This document shows, one piece after another, positions 12,900 through 27,841 of a stretch of DNA of 64,000 nucleotides. Position 1 is the first letter of the stretch, and each line of letters begins with the position of its first letter. Position numbers and translations under genes: made by a program. Where the stretch lies: contig CM022676.1 of NCBI GenBank assembly GCA_012295275.1, positions 1,922,001 through 1,986,000 on the forward strand. The letters are read 5' to 3'. The notes beneath the pieces are model-generated. The model was given only the letters and a program-made list of their open reading frames with translations. It did no database searches and had not been told where the DNA came from. This DNA comes from Chrysomallon squamiferum (Eukaryota; Animalia; Mollusca).

Positions 12900-15472
12900 C
12901 TATCTAAGGCTTATTTTAGTATTTCTCTCTCTGTTTCAGCTTGCTTCTGCTTCTGTGTCTATTTCATTGTATTTCTGTTTCTCTCTATTTCAGTATATTT
13001 CTATTTCTATTTCAATTTGAGTGTATTTCTGTTTTCGTCTCTGTTTCAGTGTATTTCTATTTCTGTCTCTATTTCAGTGTATTTCTATTTCTGTCTCTCT
13101 TTCAGAGCATTTCTATTTCTGTCTCTATTTCAGAGCATTTCTATTTCTGTCTCAGTGCATTTCTATTTCTGTCTCTATTTCTGCATTTCTATTTCTGTCT
13201 CTATTTCTGTGTATTTCTATTTCTGTCTCTATTTCAGAGCATTTCTATTTCTGTCTCTATTTCTGTGTATTTCTATTTCTGTCTCTATTTCAGTGCATTT
13301 CTATTTCTGTCTGTGGTTTGTGTATTTCTATTTCTGTCTCTATTTCTGCATTTCTATTTCTGTCTCTATTTCAGAGCATTTCTATTTCTGTCTGTTTTTG
13401 TGTATTTCTATTTCTGTCTCTATTTCAGAGCATTTCTATTTCTGTCTGTGCTTCTGTGTATTTCTATTTCTGTCTCTATTTCAGAGCATTTCTATTTCTG
13501 TCTGTGCTTCTGTGTATTTCTATTTCTGTCTCTATTTAAGAGCATTTCTATTTCTCACTCTGTTTCACTGTAATTCTGTTTCTGTCTCTGTTTCAGTATA
13601 TTTATCTTTCAGTTTCTACTTCAGTGTAATTCTGTTTCTATCTCTGTTTCAGTATATTTCTGTTTCTGTTTCTATTTCAGTCTATTTCTATTCTGTTTGT
13701 TTGTCAGTGTATTTTATTTTTGTCTCTATTTCAGAGTATTTCTATTTCTGTCCCTGTTTCAGTGTATTTTATTTCTCACTCTGTTTCAGAGTATTTATAT
13801 TTCTGTCTCTGTTTCAGTATATTTTTTTTGTCTCTGTTTCATTATATTTCTATTTCAGTTTCTACTTCAGTCTATTTCTGTTCCTGTCTCTATTTCAGTG
13901 CAATTATAGTTCTGTTTGTATTTCAGAGTATTTCTATTTCTGTGTCTGTTTCAGTGTATCTGTATTTCTATCTCTGTTTCAGTGTATTTCTATTTCTGTC
14001 TTGAATTCAGTGCATTTCTATTTTTGTCTGTCCCAGTGTATTTATAATTCTTACTCTATTTTCTCTTCTGTCTCTGTTTCAGTGTATTTCTATTTCTCTC
14101 TCTATTTCAGTGCATTTCTAATTTTCTCTCTATTTCAGTTAATTTCTATTTTTGTCTCTGTTTCAGCCTGTTTCTGTTTCTGTCTCTATTTCTGTGGATT
14201 CCTGTTTCTGTCTGTATTACGGTGTATTTCTATTTGTTTCTCTGTTTCAGTGTATTTTTATTTCTCACACTTTTTCAGAGTAGTTATGTTTCTGTCTCTG
14301 TTTCATTATATTTCTATTTCAGTGTATTTCTATTTCTGTCTCTTTCTGTGTATTTCAGTATTTTTTATTATTTTGTCTCTGTTTCAGTGAATTTACATAT
14401 TTTCTCTTATCAGTGTATTTATTTTTCTTATAGTTGTCTGTCTGTTTCAGTATGTATTTCAATTTCTGTCTCTAATTCAGTGTATTTCTCTTTTCTCTCT
14501 CATTTCAGTGTATTTATATTTTTCTGTCTCAATATGAGTGTGTTTTTTTTTTTGTCTTTATTTCAATATATCTCTTATTCTGTCTGTTTCAGTATATTTT
14601 ATTTGTCTCTGTTTCAGTGTATTTGAATTTCTCTTTCTGTTTCAGTATTTCTCTTTTGTGTCTCTGTTTCAGTATATTTCTATTTCAGTGTATTTCTATT
14701 TTTGTCTCAATATGAGTGTATTTCTATTTTTGTCTTTATTTCAGTATATTTCTATTTCCGTTTATTTCTATTTCTGTCTCTGTTTCAGTATATTTCTATT
14801 TCAGTCTCTATTTCAGTGTATTTCTATTTCTGTCTCTATTTCAGTATATTTCTATTTCTGTCTCTGTTTCAATGTATTTCTTTTTATTTTCTGTCCCTAT
14901 TTCAGTGTATTTCTATTTCTGTCTCTTATTTCTATTTCTGTCTCTGTTTCTGTGTATTTTTTTTTTAGTCTCTATTTCACTGTATTTCTATTTCTGTCTC
15001 TGTTTCAGTGTATTTTTTTTTTTTTTGTGTATTTCTATTTCTGTCTCTATTTCAGAGTATTTCTATTTCTGTCTCTGTTTCAATGTATTTCTATTTCTCT
15101 GTTTCAGTGTGTCCCTATTTATATTTCTGTCTCTGTTTCATATTTATTTCTGTCTCTGTTTGTATATTTCTATTTCTGTCTGTTTCAGTGTATTTCTATT
15201 TCTGTCTCTGTTTCTCTATTTTTTTCTGACTATTTCGGTCTATTTATTTTGTTCTGTCTCTGTATATTTCTATTCTGTCTCTGTTTCAGTGTATTTCTAT
15301 TTCTGCGTTTGTTTCAGTATATTTCTATTTCTGTCTCTGTTTCAGTGTATTTCTATTTCTGTCTCTGTTTCAGTATATTTCTATTTCTGTCTCTGTTTCA
15401 GTATATTTCTATTTTTGTCTCTGTTTCAGTGTATTTCTATTTCTGTCTCTGTTTCAGTATATTTCTATTTCT
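12900..15472. repeat. Degenerate intronic tandem repeat, about 28 bp unit TCTCTRTTTCAGTGTATTTCTATTTCTG
   Basis: Direct reading. It produces the long F/L/S/C/V-rich ORF tails in all three + frames. Confidence 0.9.
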
Positions 15473-15977
15473 ATGCAGCGTCAGAATTATAATTAAACAT
15501 GTAAGAATACTGATAAGGCGTTCATCGGAACCTGGTTAGAACGGGAAATAGCGGCCTTATGGAAGAGAGTCATAAAAATAAGCACAACCGCATATGTCAT
15601 AAAATGTTAAATTCATCTACACATATATTCGATTAGTGTTTTGAAATTCATCTGCACGAAGTTAGATTTAGTTTGTTTTGGGACTAAAATACTTTATGTT
15701 TTTAGGCGCTGATTGATCAACTGATTACGCCATTGCGTAAATGGAAATAAGATTTATAAAAAGCTGTGGTATATTTCTGTAAACTTTTCAAAAGCAGTGA
15801 TAAACAGTACGATCTTGGCAGAAGATTCACATCACTAATGCTTAACCGTTAGAAATTAAATATACTGAAAAAAGTATCTGATTTCTAATACCTATGATTT
15901 ATTATAATAATATAGTAGTAATAGCGTAGTTTGATTATAAAGGCGTCGCAAAACATAACGATCACATTTCTTTGCAG

Positions 15978-16073
15978 GTATCACAAGAAAGCAGTGCAGA
16001 GACGAGAGACAGCGAGGGACAGAGTGGCGGTAGTAGTGGTAGTAGTAGTAGTAGTAGTAGCAGATGTGTTTGA
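15978..16073 (+). CDS. Fuseless-family protein, copy A, terminal exon (VSQESSAETRDSEGQSGG...SRCV*), total 376 aa
   Basis: tttgcag|GTA phase 0, Ser-rich tail, TGA at 16071-16073. Conserved in copy B. Confidence 0.65.
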   Translation, partial: VSQESSAETRDSEGQSGGSSGSSSSSSSRCV

Positions 16074-16499
16074 TGTTTTTTTCATTTAAGGTAATCGCTG
16101 GTTATCTTGTTTGGGCCTCACTTAAATTAGACAAAACGCTTTCATAGCTAGATGTCACGAAATTGTTAAGTGACTGCTTAAGTTTAATTTTCGGTTGCCT
16201 TATTTGAGCCTTCTTTTGGTGAATATAACTATGTTGATTATTTTTATTCCTTGTGTTTTTTATTTATTTATATGTTTTTCTTAAGAAAAACATGTCTATA
16301 TGAAGTTTATGTATGCAAACCTTGATTAGTCTATTATAATAGTAAGACAGAAAATTAAAGTAACTAAAATTACTTATCCCAAAATATCCTTCATATTGTT
16401 GTGATTTTATAAATGTATGCAGTTTTTCACAAGTTTATTTCGTCTAATGTTTTTATAATTCATTATTTCTGTAAATTAAAAACAATCGTTAGATAAAAA

Positions 16500-16990
16500 A
16501 CCCTGTATACAGTTTAAAACATGCTTCCCGCTGTTTTGATATTGGCTTATTTTCCGAAGAGACTTTACAATGACAGACTTAACTGGAAATATATCTTAAC
16601 GTTCCACTGCTTCAGATACTTCGATGACGTCCGCGCTCTGTTTATATCTAGTAGACATTATCTCTGAAAGATTGACTCTCATTAATATTCAGCAGTTCTT
16701 GTTTTTCATGTCACGAAAAATCTTTGTACGCTTCTCTTTCGGAGCCTGACAACGTCATCATTATGATTTTATAATTTGTTGTAGCATTGACGTGTTGTTT
16801 AGTGATTTTATTTTCTATTATCATTATCTACCAGAACAGGAAAGACAGAACGATTTTTTTCTACAAAGACAGCGACCGCAGTGTTTTGTCCTGAATCAAT
16901 ATATGAAATTATTTTTCTGAATGATTTCTTAATCATTTCTAATAGCATAATTTATACCTGTATCTATCTCTTTATCTCTTCTTCTATCTG

Positions 16991-17068
<78 letters not shown>

Positions 17069-17817
17069 CATACATACGCGTAAACATACACACAATTATT
17101 ATGTATGTATCTATCTATCCATCTGTCTGTCTGTGTGTCTGTCTGTCTCTCTACGTAACATGAGGTGTTAGAAAGGTTTGGGGATGTTATTTACTTGTAC
17201 ACCAACCTTTATATTTTGTAACTTAAGCTTTCTGTATAAACTGTCGTATATACACGCACTTTATTCTGAATGGGAAAATACAATAAACTGTGAAATACTT
17301 TTTATCGCAGTACATGATATTTGCCCCTACTGTGAGTTCGTTTTGTGCACCGTGCTTCTGTTACAAAAATACCAAGAGATATAAAAAAGGTAAATAAACA
17401 ACAACAACAAAAAACCCTTCAAATCTTTTAATGAAACTAATATCCATTATTTTTGTAGATGAAACATATAGATGAAGAAAAGAAAGATAATAATTGAAAG
17501 AAAAGGTAATTATAGACGGGTAAACTGTAATTTATTAAACTTATGCGAAAGATCGAGAAATGGCTCACACGTTTATTGAGTTTGAAAAGGTCGAAAACGA
17601 CCATATAATTATGGACTAGAATATCACTGAGTGTGTTAATCTGTTATAAAGATACTAAATCTAGGTGAAGAATGCAACTATGTGTGTTAACATATCATAA
17701 AGATATTTAATTTAAAAGGACTTTAATATAGTAATAATAATAATAATAGTAATGTAGTTATTATTACTAGTACTACTTTTACTACTATTTCTACTAATAA
17801 CAAGAAGAATATCAATA

Positions 17818-17856
<39 letters not shown>

Positions 17857-20800
17857 ATATCAGTTGTTTTATTCTTGAAAGAACACCAGTCACTTTTAAA
17901 ATCAGAGCTCGCAGAAAAAAACAAATGCTTGACGAAAACATTTTCATTTTTCTTTTTGTGACAAAATGTGAAGAAAGATCTCCGAAATTCAGTCTGTTTA
18001 TTGTCGCAAACATTGCACAGACAATGATGAAATGGTTTGTCATCAAGATTAGGGTTCTTAAATGACCAAAAAATAAAAGTAAAATAAAATTGAAATCAAA
18101 AGAATTTTCTGTTTTTAGAAAATCGACTGACATAAGCACAATCATTAATTCAGACTATAAAAAATACATAAAACATGAACTAGTAATGTAATAGATGTGA
18201 ATATATATTACTTATTTATAATTTAATTATAGTCTGAGTTAAACTTTAACCTCTCGTACTTGAGCAGGGTCAAAAACTTCCACTGTCCTAAATGAATACA
18301 TTCTTAACTGATTGCCCTGCGCGATGATCACGTGTTCAAGCCCAGTGTCAGGTGACAGTCTCTGGTACGCAGTTTTAACCAATCGCAGTCTCTGTCTGTA
18401 ATGCCGTTGACGAACATAATTATACAAAGCGTGTCTCGCACTGGCTAAGCTCATCACTCGCCCAGCATTGAGAACAGATTCTTTCATAGAATCAGAATTC
18501 AACGAATACACGTCTCACAGAAACTCAAACTTCCCACTGGAACTCGCAAAGAAACCACTGGACAACCCAACAATCGACGAATATTCCGCAGACACAGAAC
18601 TCTTGAAATACAATCAACTCTTCAACATCAGCGAATTAAAACAGGCACTCAAAAACTGGAAAAGTACAGCCATTGGGCCAGATAAAATAAGCTACACAAT
18701 ACTACAACACCTACCACATGAAACACTAATCGTCATACTCGAACTTTACAACACAATATGGAGCACTGGAAAGATTCCAACAAACTGGAAACACACCGAA
18801 TGTTTCAGCTTGCCCAAACCACACAAAGATCACTCACTACCCAACAGCTACACACCGATCACTCTGACGTCACACATGTGCAAAACATTGGAAACAATGA
18901 TCAACACAGCCTGAGCCAGCATCTAAACGACAACAATTTAATCAGCAAATATCAAAGCGGCTTCAGGAAGAAACACAGCACAAACAACAAGATCACACGC
19001 CTGCAAACATCAATCAATCAATCTTTTAGGAAACCAAAAAGTCATCGCAGTATTCCTAGACATTGAAAAAGCATTCGACTTGGTATGGAGGGAAGGACTG
19101 CTCGTCAAATTAATTAACAACAACATCAAAGGCAACATCCGTGATCTAGCCAACACTCTTCAACATCTACATCAACGACATCCTCACAGCACTCAACAAA
19201 CAAGACAACGCCAGAAATCTACCAAAGGAACCAATAAATACAGCACTCTTTGCAGAGGACTGCGCCTTTTGGCGGGCAGGCAGATCGCCCGCAACAATAC
19301 AGAAAAAAGATACAAAAATACCTAATCAACATAAACGACTGCGCGTTGAAATGGGGCATAAAGATTTTGAAAGCGACATGACCCCTTTTCAACAAAAAGT
19401 CAGACAACAACAAAATCACACTAAACATCGACCATAACGTCATAGTACAAACCAAGACATTCAACCCCACTTCGGATGCCACATACACAACATAATTGCA
19501 TCCTGCAAAAAAACCACTCAATCTTCTAAAGCTAATTTTCGGAACCAGTTGAGGAGGAAACGAGTCAACGCTGATTTTGATACACAAAGCGTATATTCTC
19601 TTCAGGCTCGACTACGGAGCCACGGCTTACTCGAATGCTCCCGAACACTCTTTTAAAAAAAACTTAACGTAATTCAATCCAGCACCCTCAGAGTGATCGG
19701 CCACCTGCCAAACACAACACCATCCGACAGCCTCCTGTCAGAATACAGCATCCAACCACTGAAACACAGAAAAAAGCTGCAGCTACTGAAATACAACCTG
19801 ATAATACACACCCGTGAAGGATCTGGTCCCCGACCACCAAATAATAGGGCAACCCTTTAAATCGCATAGTCTACTACTATCGAATTTCACGACAACAGCC
19901 AGCGAAATCGAAAGGGAAACAGGAATAGGGGAAATGCCACTGCCGGCACTACCACAAAGAATCAAAACCAGGAATAAACACACCTTTCCTAATCAAAACA
20001 GAGTTCCCACACTTTAAAAAGCCATATTTCTAGCAGCAGCAAACAACCACTACAAACAACACACGCACATCTACACCGACGGATCCAAAAACCCAGAAAA
20101 CTGGAGAGTAGGATTCGCTTTCATAGCCCAAGATCACACAAACAAACCCACATGCATACAATTCGGCTGTATTAGAAATCACCTTTCGGTATACACGGCT
20201 GAATTGGTCGCCATCATCAGAGCCATGCTGTGGGTGAAACACAACAACAACAAACACACAGTCATTTTCTCAGACAGACAAAGTTCCGTCATCTCAACAC
20301 ATTCCAGCAGACCAGACCTACTCAGTAAAATACAACAACTACACGAGGACATACAACATTTACACGACCATTACGCCAAAGAGTCACTCGGCATTAAAGA
20401 CGAAGATATCTGCACCGACATGCATTACGGAATAAACGAAATTGTCTCCATCGCAGTCAAACATTACGACAAACAATGGCAAAACGAATGGAACAACACA
20501 AAAAACAAATGGCACTTGAACATCAAACCAGTCACCAAAACACCCCAAATCACACTCTCCAACAAACTACACAACAACAATCTCACCAAAGCCAGAATTG
20601 GTTACTCGACCAATTTAAAAGCAATCCGATACAAATATCACAATATCACCACATCACCCAACTGCAGCTGTGGACTCTCCGAATCCATGAAACACTACTT
20701 GTTTCACTGTCCAAATTTTGACAAGGAAAGACAAGCACTATGCAACACATTCGAGGAACTAAAAATCGAGTTCACACTCCAACACATCTTGGTATCAAAC

Positions 20801-21540
20801 ACGAAAGACAGAGAGTCTGCAGTAACAACATACATTCTGAACACAAAACACAAACTTTAGACTCTTGGAGTTGAGAGTTTGAATTTTTTTTTGACACAAA
20901 GTCAAACAACAACTGAATGAATTTATTGACTTACAGATTGATTGGTTGAACAGCTGGTGGATCTGTGGATGGATCGGCTGATTGACGGATCTATTTGAAT
21001 AGCCAATTAAATTAATAATTAAAAACAAAACTATACGTACTATACGTACTTACTTTCAGACTATTCTAACCCGGACATCTGATTTAAAAAAAAAAAAAAA
21101 AAAATAAAACAAAATAAATAGAACACCTTAAACGAGCTGGACAAGTGCAGGAATCAACAAGGAGCGGATAACGTCTACGAAACTTCGGAACCGACTGGTT
21201 ACAATCCGATATGCTGGATACTCCCTTGTGTCCTGCAATCGTAACGAGAACCCACTCTTTTTCCTTACCCAAAACTCTTTTCTGCGACAGACACGCCCGC
21301 TGACTTGTCAGAAAGCGTGCCCGTCGTAGACGTGCTTCACAACAGCTTGCTCTGATGAGCACGTTAATTTTTGTTCAAGTTCAAGTTCAACAGACATCGT
21401 ATCTATAAATACACTCCCAAGGACATGCACTCCACGTTTTTCACGGGATGAAAAGTCAGCGACTGGAGATTTAGCTGATTCAAATGATTAGTCCACTGTC
21501 CTGTCTTGTCGTGGTAATTTTGATGAAACAAATGGCCAAA
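16500..21540 (-). pseudogene. Chondroitin sulfate synthase (CHSY/CHGN family)-like pseudogene, copy A, split by a LINE
   Basis: Exon starting at 21540 reads FGHLFHQNY...LTFHPVKN, resembling CHSY1 QLFYENY...ITLHPNKN as I recall it. It continues at 18514-18250 (AYQRLSPDTGLEHVI, cf. GYRRVNPMYGAEYI). It has a LINE insertion, a deletion of about 176 bp relative to copy B, and decayed exon-like segments at about 18056-17860, 17360-17160 and 16890-16500. Confidence 0.7.
18515..21391 (+). mobile_element. 5'-truncated, inactive non-LTR retrotransposon with RT, RNase H and C-terminal CCHC finger (I/Nimb-like)
   Basis: GPDKI, PKPHKD...YTPITLTS...CK, YQSGFRK, LDIEKAFD, ALFAED (degenerate YADD), YTDGSK...AELVAI (RNase H), CSCG...ES..HYLFHC. 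Many stops and frameshifts, a (TTCAAG)n tail, and an imperfect 7-bp duplication acacgtc/agacatc versus agacgtc at the empty site in copy B (63555). Confidence 0.9.
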
Positions 21541-21550
21541 CTGTAACAAA

Positions 21551-21606
<56 letters not shown>

Positions 21607-22411
21607 ATAATAATAATAATAATAGTAATAATAATAATAATAATATCAATAAAGATGATACTGATAGTAATAATAATGATAATGACGACGATGATAATAA
21701 TGAAGGTGATGATATTTATAAATTTTATATTGAATGTTGTTTGAAATCATGACTACTGCTACAACATCAACTTCAGCATCAACAGCATCAACTACAACAT
21801 CTACAGCTCTCTATTACTACTAACAACTCCAAGAACTACTACTATTATTATTACTACTACTCTGCTGTTATTATTACTACTACAATTACTAGTATTAGTA
21901 TTACTAGTACTACTTATTTTTACTCTACTACTACCTGCTACTATCCTACAGCTACTACTCTTGCTACAACAACTACTATTATTACTACTGTTACTACTAC
22001 TACTACTATTATTATTATCATCACATACTGTTTCTTTTACTACAACAATTATTAAATCTGCTTCTATTATTACAACAGCAACAACTACTACTTTTACCAG
22101 AGCAAAAGCAGCAACAATTCTGAAGAGTAGTTAAGCAGTTTAATTACAGAACACACCACTTTAATTTGACATTTATACGTTATTTTACTCCATCAAATAT
22201 AAAAAGTTATTTTTTTAAGCCCTGTTAAAGAATTAATCAGGCAGAAATTATTACAGATTGTCACAACATGAAACCAAATACTTTAGGAAAAAATAATTGA
22301 AACATAATAGCAAACCTGAAACGTCGTTTTGTTTACAAACTTTTAAATGTCGATTATGTGAATTAGAAATTAACAACAACAGGAGATATATTATTTAATA
22401 AGATATATTAT

Positions 22412-22454
<43 letters not shown>

Positions 22455-22795
22455 AAAATAATAAGAAACACAATAGCAATAATAATAATGATGATGATGA
22501 TGATAACAATCATAACAACAACAGCAGCAGCATCGTTAATATATCAACCATTACAATAACGACAGCAGCAGCAGCAACTACAATAATCACAACTGCCCTA
22601 TCCGCCACCAGAACAACAACAACAACAACAACAAAACAATAATAATGTTTAAGTGACATCATATTTCTCTTTCCTTTACGCACCTCACTCTGTTCAACTT
22701 TCAATACTGCGTCATGTTTTACACACATATTTTAATAATTACCGCCACGTAATAGAGTTGATAACAGCAAATGACGCCACTGCAGAAACACAGTT

Positions 22796-23296
22796 ACATT
22801 CAGTATTTGTATTAGTCTAGCCTGGGACCTGCGACATTCAGTATTTGTATTAGTCTAGCCTGGGACCTACGACATTCAGTATTTGTATTAGACTAGCCTG
22901 GGACCTGCGACATTCAGTATTTGTATTAGACTAGCCTGGGACCTGCGACATTCAGTATTTGTATTAGTCTAGCCTGGGACCTGCGACATTCAGTATTTGT
23001 ATTAGACTAGCCTGGGACCTGAGACATTCAGTATTTGTATTAGACTACCCTGGGACCTGAGACATTCAGTATTTGTATTAGTCTAGCCTGGGTCCTGAGA
23101 CATTCAGTATCTGTATTAGTCTAGCCTGGGACCTGCGACATTCAGTATTTGTATTAGACTAGCCTGGGACCTCAGACATTCAGTATTTGTATTAGACTAG
23201 CCTGGGTCCTGAGACATTCAGTATTTGTATTAGTCTAGCCTGGGACCTGCGACATTCAGTATTTGTATTAGTCTAGCCTGGGACCTGCGACATTCA
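22796..23296. repeat. 38-bp minisatellite, 13 units (ACATTCAGTATTTGTATTAGWCTAGCCTGGGACCTGMG)
   Basis: Head-to-tail near-identical units with no spacers. Confidence 0.95.
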
Positions 23297-23384
23297 ATGG
23301 ATTTATATACTGAATCTCTGTTTTTCTTTCTCTGTCTCTTTAATTCTTTTCTCTCTTTCTTTCACTCCTATGGACAGTCTGTTT

Positions 23385-25008
<1,624 letters not shown>

Positions 25009-26700
25009 GATAACTAGCTCTATCGGACACGTATAACTACGTAATACTTGATAGTAGACGCTGTATTTACTTATTAATTTTTATATTGTGACTGTGTGTA
25101 TACGCTCCTGTGTTTTGTTTGGCTGACAACAGCCAGTGATGGAATGACTGGAATATGTAACATGTGGCAGCAACGATTACCAATGATACTGAATACATTT
25201 CACACACGTGTTGCTGTCAACCGCCCATTTCTCTCAAACCTTTTCTCTTCACCATTGTCGTTTTCTGAGCCACCTCGGTCTAAATACGACGAGAAAATCA
25301 AAGACAATTCTCCGGTCTCATCTGAAAGATTTAAATGTATTATGAGAAACAGTTTAAAATTGATTTGTAAGTTAATCCTTCGATGTTTAGTTCTGTTTGT
25401 ATCTGGAATGACTGGTAAAGTACTATTGAGCTGAAGTCCGTGGTATAATTATGTGCCAGTTTGTGATGGATTTAGTAATAAAAGTTTTATGAGAGTAAAA
25501 CAGTTTTGTTTAATTGTTTTTGAATTTAATGAAACTTTAGTTGAAATGATTTATGAAAATATAGCAATGTAAAATAATACTTCTAATTATTTTTGTACTA
25601 ACTGAAACTTTGTTCTTGAAAATATTACACTGTAAAAAGTTTTTATTTGAAATTATTTTTGCATTAGAATCCTGATTCAGGGACCTTATTAAACTGATAA
25701 AATTTTACACTAGTGCAAACTAACGTATTGTCCATTACAATGGATGTTATTACAGTTAATTTGTTGTTTTTGAATTAGTATATATTTAATCCTTACCCTT
25801 AATGTACCTGCAAAAATGTATTCCAGTGAAATAAGTGTTATCAAGAAATAATTTGATGTAGATTGAAATAAAGTATAAAATGATTTTGTGAGATTTGTTT
25901 TACCTTTCAAAAAAAGTAAGAAAAAAAAAAGTAATTCATAACAATTCATATAATTAACCCGTTGGGGTTTATGCAGTCCAGCTCCCAGTGTTTATACAGT
26001 TGTTGTAGGTAAAGCCACTTGAAATTTTACATTAGTTTAATCAGTAGATAAAAAGTGGGAGTAGAAGGAATCACACTGAACAGACTCACTGAAATGTCAC
26101 AATAACAGATGTTTTATTTTACTTGTTTATGTACAAGTGAAAACTCTGATGAGTTAATTCAGTAAAGTTATTATATTGTCAGAAATTCTTCTTTAATTAC
26201 TTTTACCGTTTGAAACTCTGTTGAATTATTTTTTTTAGACTTATTACAAAATTAAAGATTGCCTTTTAATTCTTTTTTTATTATTTGAAACGTCAGTCGA
26301 ATTTTTATTTTATTATTATTTTATTATTATTTTATTTAGAATAAATGATTTGATTAATAAAGGTAATTAAAAAAAAAAGAAAAAAAAAAGAAGAAAGATA
26401 GTTTTATTTAGTATATGTTTTATTATGAATAAATATATTAAAAAAGTAATTAATTTTGCTAATATTTTATTTACGACAAGTGGATTCATCTGTGCTAAAT
26501 TGATTGCTACTAACTGTGTGAACATAAAGGGAACATGAGTCAGCCTTTTACATACATTTTCAGGTTTTAGAAAAATCTGTTGTAGATTCATAGTCACGTT
26601 TATGTGTATTAGTAACATTCTTACTTATAAGCTGATGTCGTCATCTTTCGATCCACTATTATTAATGTAACATTATTCCTATCTGGTTTGTACTGATGCT

Positions 26701-26800
<100 letters not shown>

Positions 26801-27254
26801 ATAATAATAATAAAACAACAATAACACCCACCCACCAACCCACCCACGTGTCACTATGTTTCAGTCAGTATATTTTGTTATATCTTTCATATATATTTAA
26901 TCACTGTAATACTTCATACTGCAAGCAAACTGGGGCATGTCTGGATCAAAACTATATGTTTTCCTGTGTATGGGTTGGTGAATCAAAAGATTTCTTTCTG
27001 CTAAACGCAGATGACGACATACAGATAGACAGACACACATCTATAGAGAGAGAATGTCCAGAGTGTATACTTAAATAAAACAATATACTTTTTTCTTTCT
27101 TCTTTTTTATTAATGAAGAAATTGATCCACTAATAGAAACATTCAAAGTTGCAATCTAATCATTTCATCTGGTGTAACCCGGCATTTTACGTAGTCTGTT
27201 AGAATTGATTACTTCCTAACATCAACAGTCTGCACGGCATTGATTCGCGGACTC

Positions 27255-27473
27255 CACGTGTTGCATTCACGTGAAACACGTGTTTTGGTTGGTCAGTTGT
27301 ACATGATGCTATAAAATACGGTATTTCAAGCTGCTGCTTAATGATTTTGGCCAGATTCACTTGAAGAAGACTTTCAAGCAATAGTGGCAAGTAGCAGACA
27401 AATAAAGACACAGTTCTATTTCAAGCTTTGAATTACTCAGTCTTTCCAGGTTTGCTCTACTCAGCCTCTACAG
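27255..27473 (+). promoter_or_regulatory. Candidate promoter and non-coding first exon of the Cys-rich gene, copy B
   Basis: Three CACGTG motifs (27255, 27268, 27277), TATAAAA at 27310, Inr-like TCAGTC at 27437, cag|gtttgt donor at 27474. The next acceptor, ttctag| at about 29493, precedes the ATG. Confidence 0.4.
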
Positions 27474-27841
27474 GTTTGTACACTTTAAATACCTAATTTT
27501 TGTTTTCTTTATGAACTCAGTTGATAACTTTTCATTCATCGGTAATTAGACATTAGATGTTTTGAAACATTTTACAATGGATCTCTTATATCTACATCAA
27601 AGGAAAGAACTGTTTGATAAACCAGATAATGAAAACTGGAAAATAGAATAATTTATATGCGCGTCAACAAGGAGTGATCGAGCGCTCTGTCCTATACCAC
27701 ATCAATGTCTTAACCATCTTTGTAAATCAGTTATCTCAAAGTTTATCTTTCTTGATACACACAGTTATTTTAAATAGCTTTTTATATTCGATCTATAAAA
27801 TTATGTTTGTTTTACCTGAAGAGAGTTAGTTAATCAGAAAG

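Noticed and set aside
21345-21390. CTGATGAG as a hammerhead ribozyme core (also at about 10242 and 26146)
   Set aside because: No stem II followed by CGAAA in any of these cases.
22796-23296. CRISPR-like appearance of the 38-bp repeats
   Set aside because: Units are directly adjacent with no unique spacers, there are no cas genes, and the context is eukaryotic.
25090-25330. Possible further minus-strand CHSY-like exon (ctttcag|..ETGELSLIFSSYLDRGGSE...)
   Set aside because: Similarity is too weak to support by eye and it contains a stop.
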